64,000 bases of DNA from Escherichia phage humlepung: the sequence record MN850564.1; one strand, given 5' to 3'. Positions 27,467 through 36,541 of this stretch are shown piece by piece; positions within the stretch are counted from its first letter, which is position 1, and the number at the start of each line of letters is the position of its first letter. The notes under the pieces are model-generated. The model saw nothing but the letters and a program-made list of their open reading frames with translations. It did no database searches and was not told the DNA's origin. The position numbers and the translations under genes were made by a program.

Positions 27467-27723
27467 TTTTACTCCCTCTAAAATCATTAACCTCATACAT
27501 TACTGCAAAAAATTATAAAAAGCAAGTTGACAATGTACTTGACAAGGTGTTAATCTTTGCGAAGTGGGTTTTTACTTAAAAGGTCACTTAACAGTTTAAC
27601 TATACAGATACTTTAAAACTCTTAAAAGATTATTTAATAGCTTTTAAAAAGCTTTAAAGTATAACGTATAGAATACGTTAAGATAAAAGATTAAAACTTA
27701 ATAGTTACTTAAAAGAGGCTTAC
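27467..27723. promoter_or_regulatory. divergent intergenic control region with palindromic operator-like sites
   Basis: Between divergent pol and plus-strand operons; TTGACA x2; palindromes AGCTTTTAAAAAGCT and AACGTATAGAATACGTT (the latter contains a TATAGAAT -10-like element). Confidence 0.5.
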
Positions 27724-28146
27724 ATGCAGAAAATGTTTGTTCACCCAGACATAGCTGACTTTGTTAGAGCTTTGCAGAAGTTGGAAGAACTTGACATTGC
27801 TGCTCAGCGGGAATATGCTCACCATCACAGGAGAATGGTTGATATACAACATGAAATAGAGTTGTCTGAAAACTATGAAGATGACTTAAAATGCTCTGTA
27901 TTTGAGCATATGAAAGATGTTGCTACAGCGAGACGTAAAGCTAAAGACACAGTTGCTTTACTAGATTCTCTTAAAAAGAGGTTGCAAAGTGGTACAGACC
28001 TGTGTAATCTAGCGTCACTGATTAACGATGTTGAAACTTCTTGGGATAGGCACTATTATCCACGTTCTGAAAAGACACTTGACTTTTCTTCATCCGAAAA
28101 CTTAAAATGTTCTAGAAAGAAACTTAACCAACTGAGAGAGAAATAA
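27724..28146 (+). CDS. hypothetical early protein
   Basis: 140 aa; RBS AGAGG. Confidence 0.5.
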   Translation: MQKMFVHPDIADFVRALQKLEELDIAAQREYAHHHRRMVDIQHEIELSENYEDDLKCSVFEHMKDVATARRKAKDTVALLDSLKKRLQSGTDLCNLASLINDVETSWDRHYYPRSEKTLDFSSSENLKCSRKKLNQLREK

Positions 28147-28147
28147 T

Positions 28148-28948
28148 ATGAATATCGATGTAGAAAAGATGCTTGAAGAGAAAGGTGTTGATGAAGCATT
28201 CTTAATCAATGCCGTAGAAAGCATGGCTATGATTCTTCGTGGTAATAACTACACAGAACAGTTTATGCCTGCAAGCTATAACTTGCCTGAAGACAAGTCT
28301 GATAACGGTGCTTTTGCAGAACAGGTTAATATGATGTTGACAGACACTACACTTGCTCTGGCATCTATTGCGGTTGGTGTTGATGCACTTGCTGAGTTCA
28401 TTTTTTATGAAATGCAAAAGAATGACTATATCAGGATGTCAGACGAAGATAAGGAACTGTTGCTGACTAAGGACACTGATTTCATTATTGATACGCTTAT
28501 CTCATCAACGAGTGCTGTTATGGCTGTTCTTGAGAAGCGTATGGAAGAGAAACTTTCACGATATGAAAAACTTGATTGGGGCGTAGAAGAATTAAACCCA
28601 CGAATCAAAGAGATTATCCAGCAAACTAAAGAGTCTTTGGAAGAAGCTGTTGAAAATGACTCTGTAGCTGACATTGAACCACTTCAGGTGAAAGTTGCAC
28701 TGATGATTCCAGCTATCTCTACGATGATGAATATCGTTGCACTAATCCAACTGTCACAGATGATGGGTGTGAGTATTGAGTTCATTGAGGAAATGACTGG
28801 TGGCGTTAGTATGCAAGCAATCAATGATGTTCTGGTGAGCATTGGTGCTTCAATCATTGAAGAGAAGCTGCGCATTAACTTTGGTGATGATTTTGTGAAG
28901 CAAATCTCAGCTATGGCTGAAAAAGAGTCTGCTGACCAACTGCACTAA
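28148..28948 (+). CDS. hypothetical acidic protein
   Basis: 266 aa; coupled start. Confidence 0.5.
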   Translation: MNIDVEKMLEEKGVDEAFLINAVESMAMILRGNNYTEQFMPASYNLPEDKSDNGAFAEQVNMMLTDTTLALASIAVGVDALAEFIFYEMQKNDYIRMSDEDKELLLTKDTDFIIDTLISSTSAVMAVLEKRMEEKLSRYEKLDWGVEELNPRIKEIIQQTKESLEEAVENDSVADIEPLQVKVALMIPAISTMMNIVALIQLSQMMGVSIEFIEEMTGGVSMQAINDVLVSIGASIIEEKLRINFGDDFVKQISAMAEKESADQLH

Positions 28949-28965
28949 GTCTTTATAAATCTTAC

Positions 28966-28991
28966 AAGCCTCCTTAGTTGGGGGCTTTTTA
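28966..28991 (+). terminator. putative terminator
   Basis: AAGCCTCC...GGGGGCTT hairpin (one G-U) followed by T-rich run. Confidence 0.4.
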
Positions 28992-29009
28992 GTAATTAAT
29001 GGAGATAAA

Positions 29010-29753
29010 ATGAGTAATATTATAGCATTTACTGGAAAGGCGCGTTCTGGAAAAGACACCTCATGTTCTATTGTGAAGAACATCTTAGAGGATGAGCACG
29101 GCTACAATGTTGCAGTAATGGCCTTTGCAGACAACCTTAAACTATCTGCATCAAAGATATTTGACTTGACTTGGAATGACCTGTACGGTGAAACTAAAGA
29201 GACTCCGCAGGTATTTGACTTATCATATCATGAACTGATGTTTAAAGTTACGGAAGCTATGGAGTTCACCTTCAGGGATGAACGTTACCATATGGACTTC
29301 AAGCTTATGTCAGAGTTAACCGGACGATTAATCATGGAGCTTAAGAAGGTTGCTAAACCGACTCTATTGACACGTCTGGGGTTTAGTAAAAAGTATAAAT
29401 TCTCATCAAGACAAATTCAACAGATTTGGGGTACTGAAGTTGTCCGTAAAGTAATGGGCGACAAGTTCTGGTCTAAAGACCTTGAAAAAAGAATGGTTAG
29501 ATTCCATGAAATGTGCTCACTTAGAAATCAATATGGTTTTGTCTTAATCAGTGATTTAAGATTTGACTCTGAAGCTGAATGGCTGAGTAGATTTGCACAC
29601 CAAACTATTGAAGTAAAAAGAGACAATGTGGACAAAGTTTCATCACATGTTTCAGAAAATGGGATTTCTACAAAATATGAGCGTGACATTATTCATAATA
29701 ATGGTACTCTTGCAGACCTTGAGAACAAGCTAAGAGCCATCATTAAAGTTTGA
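29010..29753 (+). CDS. deoxynucleoside monophosphate kinase (T4 gp1-like)
   Basis: N-terminal P-loop FTGKARSGKDT resembling T4 dNMP kinase GVKRSGKDT; 247 aa. Confidence 0.55.
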   Translation: MSNIIAFTGKARSGKDTSCSIVKNILEDEHGYNVAVMAFADNLKLSASKIFDLTWNDLYGETKETPQVFDLSYHELMFKVTEAMEFTFRDERYHMDFKLMSELTGRLIMELKKVAKPTLLTRLGFSKKYKFSSRQIQQIWGTEVVRKVMGDKFWSKDLEKRMVRFHEMCSLRNQYGFVLISDLRFDSEAEWLSRFAHQTIEVKRDNVDKVSSHVSENGISTKYERDIIHNNGTLADLENKLRAIIKV

Positions 29754-29761
29754 AAGAGATA

Positions 29762-29962
29762 ATGAAGATGAGAGTAAAAGACAATTTTAAAGTTATTGAC
29801 CACCGTTTAGTGGAACTCTCATCTCTTTCCAATGAGGTAATGATTGAACGTCTTAAGAGAGTTGAATCACGAAGGAAAGAGATTGCAGATGAAATTCATG
29901 AACTGGACAAGATTGAAAATGGATTGAAGGCAGAACTACAACGAAGAGGTGCTAATGTCTAA
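29762..29962 (+). CDS. small coiled-coil protein
   Basis: ATG 29762 (track start 29750 is TTG); 66 aa. Confidence 0.4.
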   Translation: MKMRVKDNFKVIDHRLVELSSLSNEVMIERLKRVESRRKEIADEIHELDKIENGLKAELQRRGANV

Positions 29963-31940
29963 AGGTCGTAAATTGAAAGAGGCTGGTCAGTTTGTTGGTC
30001 ATTGCGCATGTCCACGTTGTGGTTCATCAGATGCTGGTTCAATCTATCACCATGACGATGATTCTTATTCAATGACTTGCTTTAGTTGTAACAAAGGTTT
30101 CCCAGAGTGGGATTTTGATAAAGGACAAATCGTGAGCACTTATTCTACTGGTTCAGACAATAAAAACCGTACTTTCCGTGGAATGGATTTAGACGATGTG
30201 AAAGAAAACCTTGAAGCAATGGACTTAAAGGACAGGAAGATTCCTGCAAAAGTCCTTGAACGCTTAGGTATCAAGGTTGACATTGACAGTGACGGTGAAA
30301 TTGATGCGCACTTCTATCCAACTTACAAACGTAATGAAGATGGTAAGCTAGAACATGTTGGCTACCGTGTTCGTCACCGTTACCCAGAAGACCATCCAAA
30401 AGAGCACCTACGTGGTAAGCTAAAAGACTTTTCAGGTGGTGTTGGAGACATTAAAGGTGAACTGGCAATGTTCGGTTCATGGATTGCTCCAGAAGGTGGT
30501 AACCGTCTATTCATCTGGGAAGGTGAGATGGAATGTGCGACAGCAATCTATATGACCTCTCTTGCGATTAAAGACAAGTCTCGTCGTAAGAATTACTGTC
30601 ACGTATCTGTTCCATCAGGTGCAAACATCAAGTCTATCAAAGACAACTATCAGTACATTACATCATTTGATGAGATTTACTTGTGCTTTGATAACGATGA
30701 AGCAGGTGCTAAAGCTACCAAAGAGGCTGCTGGTATTCTCCCTATTGAGAAGGTTCGTTTATTCCAGTATCCAGAAGGTGTAAAAGACCTTAACGAGTGG
30801 TGGACAAAGTTCTATAAAGAGAAAGATACAGTTCTGGAAGGATTTAAGCAGCGTATCTACAATGCACCTCGTTACTGTCCTGCTGGTATCAAGAACTTCG
30901 CAGATGGTTTTGAGGCAATGAAGAATCGTGGTCAGATTCCATTGATTCCTTTCCCAGAATCTTTCGGAGATTTGAACAGACTGACTTATGGTGGTTATGG
31001 TTTAGGTGAGATTACAACTCTGGCAGCACCATCTTCAGTGGGTAAATCTGCATACACTCGTGAAATGATTTATACTGCTTGGAAAGATACCGATTATAAT
31101 ATTGGTGTAATTCCTGTAGAAGATACCTATGAAGAGTTGATGGAGATGCTTTGTGCAATCCACCTGAGCAAGCAGATTTCTGAGATTCCTTATGATGAAC
31201 GTGATTGGGATGAATTGAAGGAGGCACATGCAGAACTATCTAAAGGTCGTCGTATCCACATCGTAGACCATCAAGGGGCAATTGACCAAGATAACTTACT
31301 GGAGTTTGTTGACTATCTTGTTAATAGCTTAGACTGTAAGATTATTATTCTTGACCCTATTACGTTGGCTCTGTCACGTTCAGATACGGATGAAGAGGAA
31401 GTTTTGTCTGAGCTATTGCGTCGTTGCAAACGCTACCAGTATGCACAAGTGAACGTCTGTCACGTTCGTAAGAGTGCAGGTGGTCAGAAGGCTAACTCTG
31501 AAGGTGGGGATATCTCTGAAGAGGATATTAAAGGCTCTGGTGCGTATTTCCAGATTTCTATGAACAACATTCTGTTAATGCGTAACAAGGTTGACCCAGA
31601 CCCTGTTAAGAAAAACTTGACAAAAATCAAGCTAACTAAATGTCGTCGTCACGGTAAGTCGACGGGTATTGCTGGTCATACTTGGTACAATCCAGATACA
31701 GGACGCCTCATCAAAGCATCTGGTTGCGGAGTTGACATTGATGGTGCAGCAGAAAATATTCGCCAACAGTTTGGTATTGGTGAAGCTGAAGACCATTACG
31801 ATGACTCTTTGCCACATTATGAGGATGAAGTGTTTGACCGTGAGACTGGTGAAGTCTATACTGAAGAGCAGCGCCAAAGCTCAACGATTCCACCTGTATT
31901 AAGTGAGGATGCAGATGACTGCCCATTCGAAACTGAGTGA
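29955..31940 (+). CDS. DNA primase/helicase (T7 gp4-like)
   Basis: Zinc-binding CACPRCG...CFSCNKGF, TOPRIM-like acidic region, Walker A LAAPSSVGKSAYT; start at ATG 29955 after GAAGAGG. Confidence 0.8.
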   Translation: MSKGRKLKEAGQFVGHCACPRCGSSDAGSIYHHDDDSYSMTCFSCNKGFPEWDFDKGQIVSTYSTGSDNKNRTFRGMDLDDVKENLEAMDLKDRKIPAKVLERLGIKVDIDSDGEIDAHFYPTYKRNEDGKLEHVGYRVRHRYPEDHPKEHLRGKLKDFSGGVGDIKGELAMFGSWIAPEGGNRLFIWEGEMECATAIYMTSLAIKDKSRRKNYCHVSVPSGANIKSIKDNYQYITSFDEIYLCFDNDEAGAKATKEAAGILPIEKVRLFQYPEGVKDLNEWWTKFYKEKDTVLEGFKQRIYNAPRYCPAGIKNFADGFEAMKNRGQIPLIPFPESFGDLNRLTYGGYGLGEITTLAAPSSVGKSAYTREMIYTAWKDTDYNIGVIPVEDTYEELMEMLCAIHLSKQISEIPYDERDWDELKEAHAELSKGRRIHIVDHQGAIDQDNLLEFVDYLVNSLDCKIIILDPITLALSRSDTDEEEVLSELLRRCKRYQYAQVNVCHVRKSAGGQKANSEGGDISEEDIKGSGAYFQISMNNILLMRNKVDPDPVKKNLTKIKLTKCRRHGKSTGIAGHTWYNPDTGRLIKASGCGVDIDGAAENIRQQFGIGEAEDHYDDSLPHYEDEVFDRETGEVYTEEQRQSSTIPPVLSEDADDCPFETE

Positions 31941-32010
31941 TAGTTATAAAAGAGAGGGGTTCACACCCTTCTTTGAAGAAAAAAGTTTAAATAAATTTCA
32001 GGAAGAGTGT

Positions 32011-32039
32011 TTGACAAAGATTGATAGATTCTATAGAAT
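32011..32039 (+). promoter_or_regulatory. sigma70-like promoter TTGACA-N17-TAGAAT
   Basis: Exact -35, 17-nt spacer, TAGAAT -10; same architecture as the promoter at 32350. Confidence 0.5.
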
Positions 32040-32192
32040 GCTCCTCATGAAATGCGATGGAGAGGTTGAGATAAAAGAAGATTTTCACCAGAGCATGATT
32101 ACAGTCATCATTGCGCTGCCTCAGCATAATATTAGTTGGCTGTTTATAATTAAAGAAAATGTGTTTGAATATCAAGTATATCGGAGAATATC

Positions 32193-32342
32193 ATGAAACA
32201 CTCTAAAGCATTTGAAAAAGTTTTTGGGGATTCCTTAAAAGCCACTGCTGGAAAACCAGCAAAATACTATGAAGAAAAACGTGTAAGAACTGGAAAAACT
32301 GCACGTAAAGCAGCTTCTAAAGATAAGCACAACTTCCAGTAA
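32193..32342 (+). CDS. small lysine-rich protein (49 aa, below ORF-track cutoff)
   Basis: ATG 32193 with GGAG RBS 6 nt upstream; MKHSKAFEKVFGDSLKATAGKPAKYYEEKRVRTGKTARKAASKDKHNFQ. Confidence 0.4.
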   Translation: MKHSKAFEKVFGDSLKATAGKPAKYYEEKRVRTGKTARKAASKDKHNFQ

Positions 32343-32349
32343 TTAGTAT

Positions 32350-32378
32350 TTGACAATAGAGTATCAACAAACTAGAAT
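32350..32378 (+). promoter_or_regulatory. sigma70-like promoter TTGACA-N17-TAGAAT
   Basis: Exact hexamers, 17-nt spacer, ~35 nt upstream of SSB-like gene. Confidence 0.55.
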
Positions 32379-32414
32379 TGGTACTCTTCATAAATTGAGA
32401 TAGAGGTTTAAATA

Positions 32415-33272
32415 ATGTCTAAAGTTGTTAAAATGAAAGCTCCGGTAGAGAAATACAATGGTACTGAACGCCAAACTCTGCGATACCTGCTGAAAGATGT
32501 CTGGTTTTATTACCTGAACACTTCACCACGTCCGGGAAAAGGTAAGTCTATTGATAAGAAATTCCCAGGCAAAGACTGTAACTACAGCGTATCAATTCTG
32601 GCAGAAGACGGTAACAAACTGTTTAAAGAGTTTACTAAGTCTAAGAAAAATCCAGAAGGCTGGGATAAAGTCACTACTGAAGCAGTTGATGCAGATGACT
32701 TCGAAGAGAAGTTTGGTTGTAAACCACCTTTTGAAGCAGACACTTACTACATCTTGAAAGTAAGTCGTGCAGCAGCTTATAAAGATGGTGCTGTATGGAC
32801 AGCTAAACAGTCATTCCCTGTGATGCTGATTGAAGAAGTAAATGGTAAGCGTGTAGCTGTTAAACAGCCGATGAAGAAAATCAAAGCTCAAGCATCTGAT
32901 AAACATGAAGATGACAAGAACTATGATGTAATTCATCCAGATATTGCAGTCGGTAACGGTTCTTTTGGTAGTGTGATTCTTTCTACTCACTTCTACACTT
33001 TTGAGAACAATGTTCTGACAAAACCTATTCAGGAACAGTTTATCATTGATACTCTTGTACCTTACACTGGTGGTAACGGTGCTAACGGTGAACCTGAACT
33101 GGATGAAGACGAACTGGCTATGCTTGGTCTTGATGGTGTCGAAGATAACGGTGAAATCACTGAAGAAGATGCAACAGACCATAAATCTTCGAATGAGTCT
33201 GATGATGGTGATGATGAAGATTTGCCAGACCCAGATGACGAAGAAGATGAAGACTTCGATACAGAAGACTAA
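32415..33272 (+). CDS. single-stranded DNA-binding protein (putative; acidic C-terminal tail)
   Basis: 285 aa; extremely acidic C-terminus DDGDDEDLPDPDDEEDEDFDTED typical of phage SSBs; own promoter. Confidence 0.5.
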   Translation: MSKVVKMKAPVEKYNGTERQTLRYLLKDVWFYYLNTSPRPGKGKSIDKKFPGKDCNYSVSILAEDGNKLFKEFTKSKKNPEGWDKVTTEAVDADDFEEKFGCKPPFEADTYYILKVSRAAAYKDGAVWTAKQSFPVMLIEEVNGKRVAVKQPMKKIKAQASDKHEDDKNYDVIHPDIAVGNGSFGSVILSTHFYTFENNVLTKPIQEQFIIDTLVPYTGGNGANGEPELDEDELAMLGLDGVEDNGEITEEDATDHKSSNESDDGDDEDLPDPDDEEDEDFDTED

Positions 33273-33290
33273 TCTCTAAAAGTTACTTTA

Positions 33291-33319
33291 AAGCCCTGTA
33301 CTTAGTATGGGGCTTTTTC
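33291..33319 (+). terminator. putative terminator
   Basis: AAGCCC...GGGCTT hairpin followed by T-run. Confidence 0.45.
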
Positions 33320-33334
33320 ATATGGAGAGCCATA

Positions 33335-34375
33335 ATGGAGAAGTACACATTAACAAAGCTTCCCGATTCAGTTACACATGTTTTTATTGACTCTGACAGT
33401 ATTGCCTATAAAGGTGCTTGTGTAGTTGAGAAAGCAAAGTATAAATATGTCAATAAACTCACAGCAGAAGAGTCTGAGCCATTTGATAATGCGAAAGATG
33501 CTGCAAGATGGTTAGCAGACCAGAGAATCCTTGTGGAAGAGCTTGGCCTGACATTTAATGAAGATGAATGGGAAAGGCAGACTTGGAAAGAAGCTAAGAG
33601 TGAAAAAGAAGCTATCATGGCTACTCAACAGGTTCTTCAGGAATGGCTTAAGGTTGTTGGTAAAGAGAGAATTTGGGTAGGTTATCTAACAGAGAAAGGT
33701 GTGCATAAGCATAAAGACATTAAAGGTCTTGAGCACCAATATCAAGGTAACCGTAAAGATGCTGTCACACCAACACACTTAGTTGCTTGTCGTGAGTATC
33801 TTCTGTCAAGACCAGAGTTCAAACTAATTCTTGATGGATTTGAAGCCGATTCTATCGTTATTGCTAAAGCTGAAAAGATGGGTAAAAAGGCTGCCTTGAT
33901 GAGTATTGATAAAGACCTTCGTCAAGCTGAAGGGACTTACTGCATTGATATGACCTATGAAAAGTCACCTTTGATTTTCATTGCTGACAACAACGTAGGT
34001 GAAATTTGGGATTGCCCAATAAAATCGACACCAAAAGCTAAGAAGACAGTTGGGGTAGGTTTTAAATTTCTTTGTTACCAAGCTGTGGCTGGTGATAATG
34101 CTGATAATTATTTTGGTTTAAAGGGCGTTGGTAAGGCTACTGTAATGAAAGCACTTGAAGGTAAAACCACCTACAAAGAGTGTCTTGATGCAATTTATGA
34201 GCTTTATGCTAAGAAAGAGTCATATACTTATGTCTCGTGGGATGGCCAAACAATTACCAGAACACCTTTAGAGTTAATGCAGCAACACTTTTTCTTAGCT
34301 TATCAGGAAAGAAACAAGAAAGACGATTTCACTTTTAAGAAATATAATTGGGAGCCGTGTATGAATGAAGATTAA
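33335..34375 (+). CDS. 5-prime-3-prime exonuclease / flap endonuclease
   Basis: 346 aa; H3TH-like AGDNADNYFGLKGVGKATVMKAL; acidic metal-binding N-terminus. Confidence 0.6.
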   Translation: MEKYTLTKLPDSVTHVFIDSDSIAYKGACVVEKAKYKYVNKLTAEESEPFDNAKDAARWLADQRILVEELGLTFNEDEWERQTWKEAKSEKEAIMATQQVLQEWLKVVGKERIWVGYLTEKGVHKHKDIKGLEHQYQGNRKDAVTPTHLVACREYLLSRPEFKLILDGFEADSIVIAKAEKMGKKAALMSIDKDLRQAEGTYCIDMTYEKSPLIFIADNNVGEIWDCPIKSTPKAKKTVGVGFKFLCYQAVAGDNADNYFGLKGVGKATVMKALEGKTTYKECLDAIYELYAKKESYTYVSWDGQTITRTPLELMQQHFFLAYQERNKKDDFTFKKYNWEPCMNED

Positions 34376-34862
34376 AGGATTTGGCAATTGCCCTACCTAT
34401 GGTCATTGGGTATCTTTATGTGGGGAAGTTGACCCCACTAAACATTTTGGTTTTGTCTATTTAGTGTACTGCAAAAAGACTGGACAGTATTATTTGGGTA
34501 AGAAACAGTTTAATAGCGTGACCAAAAGAAAAGTTGCTGGTAAGACTCGGAAGAAGATAGTCACTAAGGAAAGTGATTGGCTGACTTACGAGACTTCTTC
34601 TGAGTATATCAAAAAAGATATTGAGAGCTTTGGAAAAGAATCTTTTGACTTTTACATTATTCAGACCTACTACACAAAAGGTGGCCTAGTCTATGGTGAA
34701 GCAAACCTTCAACATAAATTCGATGTAATGACAAAAAGGATTGACTCGAAGCTCAGACTCTTCTACAATGCCAATATTGCAGCAATTAAGTTTATTACTA
34801 AAGAAACTTATGAAGATGCTGAAAAAAGAATCCATAAGGTAATGAAAGCAAATTGTGCTTGA
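34365..34862 (+). CDS. GIY-YIG homing endonuclease (putative)
   Basis: FGFVYLVYCKKTGQYYLGKKQF GIY-YIG-like motif; 165 aa; start overlaps exonuclease gene end. Confidence 0.5.
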   Translation: MKIKGFGNCPTYGHWVSLCGEVDPTKHFGFVYLVYCKKTGQYYLGKKQFNSVTKRKVAGKTRKKIVTKESDWLTYETSSEYIKKDIESFGKESFDFYIIQTYYTKGGLVYGEANLQHKFDVMTKRIDSKLRLFYNANIAAIKFITKETYEDAEKRIHKVMKANCA

Positions 34863-34883
34863 TAACTATTGAGAGAGAATAAA

Positions 34884-35132
34884 ATGTTTAACAAAAGTAA
34901 AGCTGTGAGTCATGTAGCAAAAGTTGACAGCAAGATTGAAGAACTTGAGCGCATCCTTGCAAATGCTAGAGAGTCAATAATTAAAGAAGTTGAAGCTGTT
35001 GAGTCTCAAATGCAGCACCTAATGCTTAAACGTCAAGAGCTACGTGAACATCTAGAATATATTGAAACACGAGAGCTAAAGGTTAACAAATATTTTAAGG
35101 AGTCCGAATGTTTAACTCAAGAGAATCAGTAA
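34884..35132 (+). CDS. small coiled-coil protein
   Basis: ATG 34884 (track start 34869 is TTG); 82 aa. Confidence 0.45.
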   Translation: MFNKSKAVSHVAKVDSKIEELERILANARESIIKEVEAVESQMQHLMLKRQELREHLEYIETRELKVNKYFKESECLTQENQ

Positions 35133-35863
35133 AAAACTGGAACCTTCGTTGTGGAAACACTCAAAAGCAACCTTACAGTGATGAGTATTGGGAATCTTTA
35201 AAATCTCAATCTCTGTGTATGCTTGAAGAAGCAAAAGAGCTTGTAAAAGCAATTGAAGAGAAAGACCCCATTGAGACACTGGATGCTCAGGCAGATTTGC
35301 AATATGTTCTTGACGGCTTGATTTATCTGTCACAACATGACCATAACGGTGCTATGAAAGCTGTTTGCCGTAATAATGACCTGAAGTACACAGATGACTA
35401 TGAAGAAGCTTTAAAACGTCTTGCAGACATTGAAAAGCGTACTGGTCAAGAGTGTATTATCAGAATGTCAGTAGTTGATGGTAAAGAGTGGTATGCTATT
35501 GTTCGTGCAGCCGATGGGAAGATTATGAAGCAATCAAATCTCCCTAAAGTACAGCTTGGTGAATACATTGTAGAACTTGAAAGCCAAGAACTTTTTGTGG
35601 TAGTATCTGAGACATGCGTTATCTGCAAAGGTATTGTAGGTAGCTTAAAGGATTTGGGTGTAGATGGTTTTGTAGAAGTTAATCCAATTACCTCTAAAGC
35701 AGATAAAGACTTCTGTAAAGAGAACGGACTATGGATTGCAGATATTGTCTACTATGATGGTGAGCAGTTCCATGTAACCTCATACCCGAAACTGAATTAT
35801 GATGCTAATAACCTGAAGTGCTGGTTAAAAGGGGTTGGTTATAATGGATTCACAGAACATTAA
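35108..35863 (+). CDS. hypothetical protein with MazG-like NTP pyrophosphohydrolase N-terminal region (tentative)
   Basis: RBS AAGGAG; LEEAKELVKAIEE...ETLDAQADLQYVLDGL resembles the MazG EExxE/DxxxD pattern; 251 aa. Confidence 0.35.
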   Translation: MFNSRESVKNWNLRCGNTQKQPYSDEYWESLKSQSLCMLEEAKELVKAIEEKDPIETLDAQADLQYVLDGLIYLSQHDHNGAMKAVCRNNDLKYTDDYEEALKRLADIEKRTGQECIIRMSVVDGKEWYAIVRAADGKIMKQSNLPKVQLGEYIVELESQELFVVVSETCVICKGIVGSLKDLGVDGFVEVNPITSKADKDFCKENGLWIADIVYYDGEQFHVTSYPKLNYDANNLKCWLKGVGYNGFTEH

Positions 35864-36167
35864 TAAAGAGGGTGTGGCTCAGAAGAGCCACTTCTCAAAC
35901 TACAATATTTCTATGACGGTGTTTATGAATGACCCGTTACTAGAAAAATATGGTGAGACTCCAGATACACTTCTGGACAATGAACAAGTTTTAAAAGCAG
36001 TCCTGTACAAATACGGTATTGATATTGAGAAAGAGTATTCTTTTGAAATCTGCCAACACAGAAACACTTTTGGTAAAGTTGTGATGGCTCCACTCTTTAT
36101 GGGCGTAGAAAGGACTGACTATGGCTGGTTGTATCTGAAAAGAAACTTGGAGAAATACCGTGTCTAA
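35844..36167 (+). CDS. hypothetical protein
   Basis: ATG 35844 (track start TTG 35835); 107 aa. Confidence 0.4.
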   Translation: MDSQNINKEGVAQKSHFSNYNISMTVFMNDPLLEKYGETPDTLLDNEQVLKAVLYKYGIDIEKEYSFEICQHRNTFGKVVMAPLFMGVERTDYGWLYLKRNLEKYRV

Positions 36168-36495
36168 AGCAAAAAAGCTATCTTATGATGACATTATCTC
36201 AGGTGCTAAGTTAGGTGTTGATAGTATCGGACAAGATGTTAAGCACGGAGACACAGTCATGTACTGTGATGACCGAAGAGGTAGAAGTGCAATCTTGTTT
36301 GGAAGAATTGTTTGCAAGATGAGAGGTAATTACGTTGTTGCAGACATGGATGTGAACGTTACACAAAAACTTGAAACAATTATGGATGCTAGCGCACCAT
36401 CATGGTTCCTAAATTGTATGCACACCTCGTCAGTCACAAAAGTAAGTGATAAGTTTTACGATATGTGGCAGAATGAGCAAATTTTCAAGATTTAA
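36160..36495 (+). CDS. hypothetical protein (GTG start)
   Basis: GTG 36160 preceded by GGAG; no in-frame ATG until codon 34. Confidence 0.4.
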   Translation: MSKAKKLSYDDIISGAKLGVDSIGQDVKHGDTVMYCDDRRGRSAILFGRIVCKMRGNYVVADMDVNVTQKLETIMDASAPSWFLNCMHTSSVTKVSDKFYDMWQNEQIFKI

Positions 36496-36501
36496 ACTAT
36501 G

Positions 36502-36525
36502 GAGCCTCTTCGGAGGCTCTTTTCA
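36502..36525 (+). terminator. rho-independent terminator
   Basis: GAGCCTC-TTCG-GAGGCTC followed by TTTT. Confidence 0.6.
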
Positions 36526-36541
36526 TCTGTAGGATTCAAAA

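Noticed and set aside
31903-32196. 97-aa track ORF overlapping the primase-helicase 3-prime end
   Set aside because: It starts with GTG inside the upstream gene and spans a well-formed promoter (TTGACA-N17-TAGAAT at 32011-32039). The downstream 49-aa ORF with a proper RBS is the better gene model.
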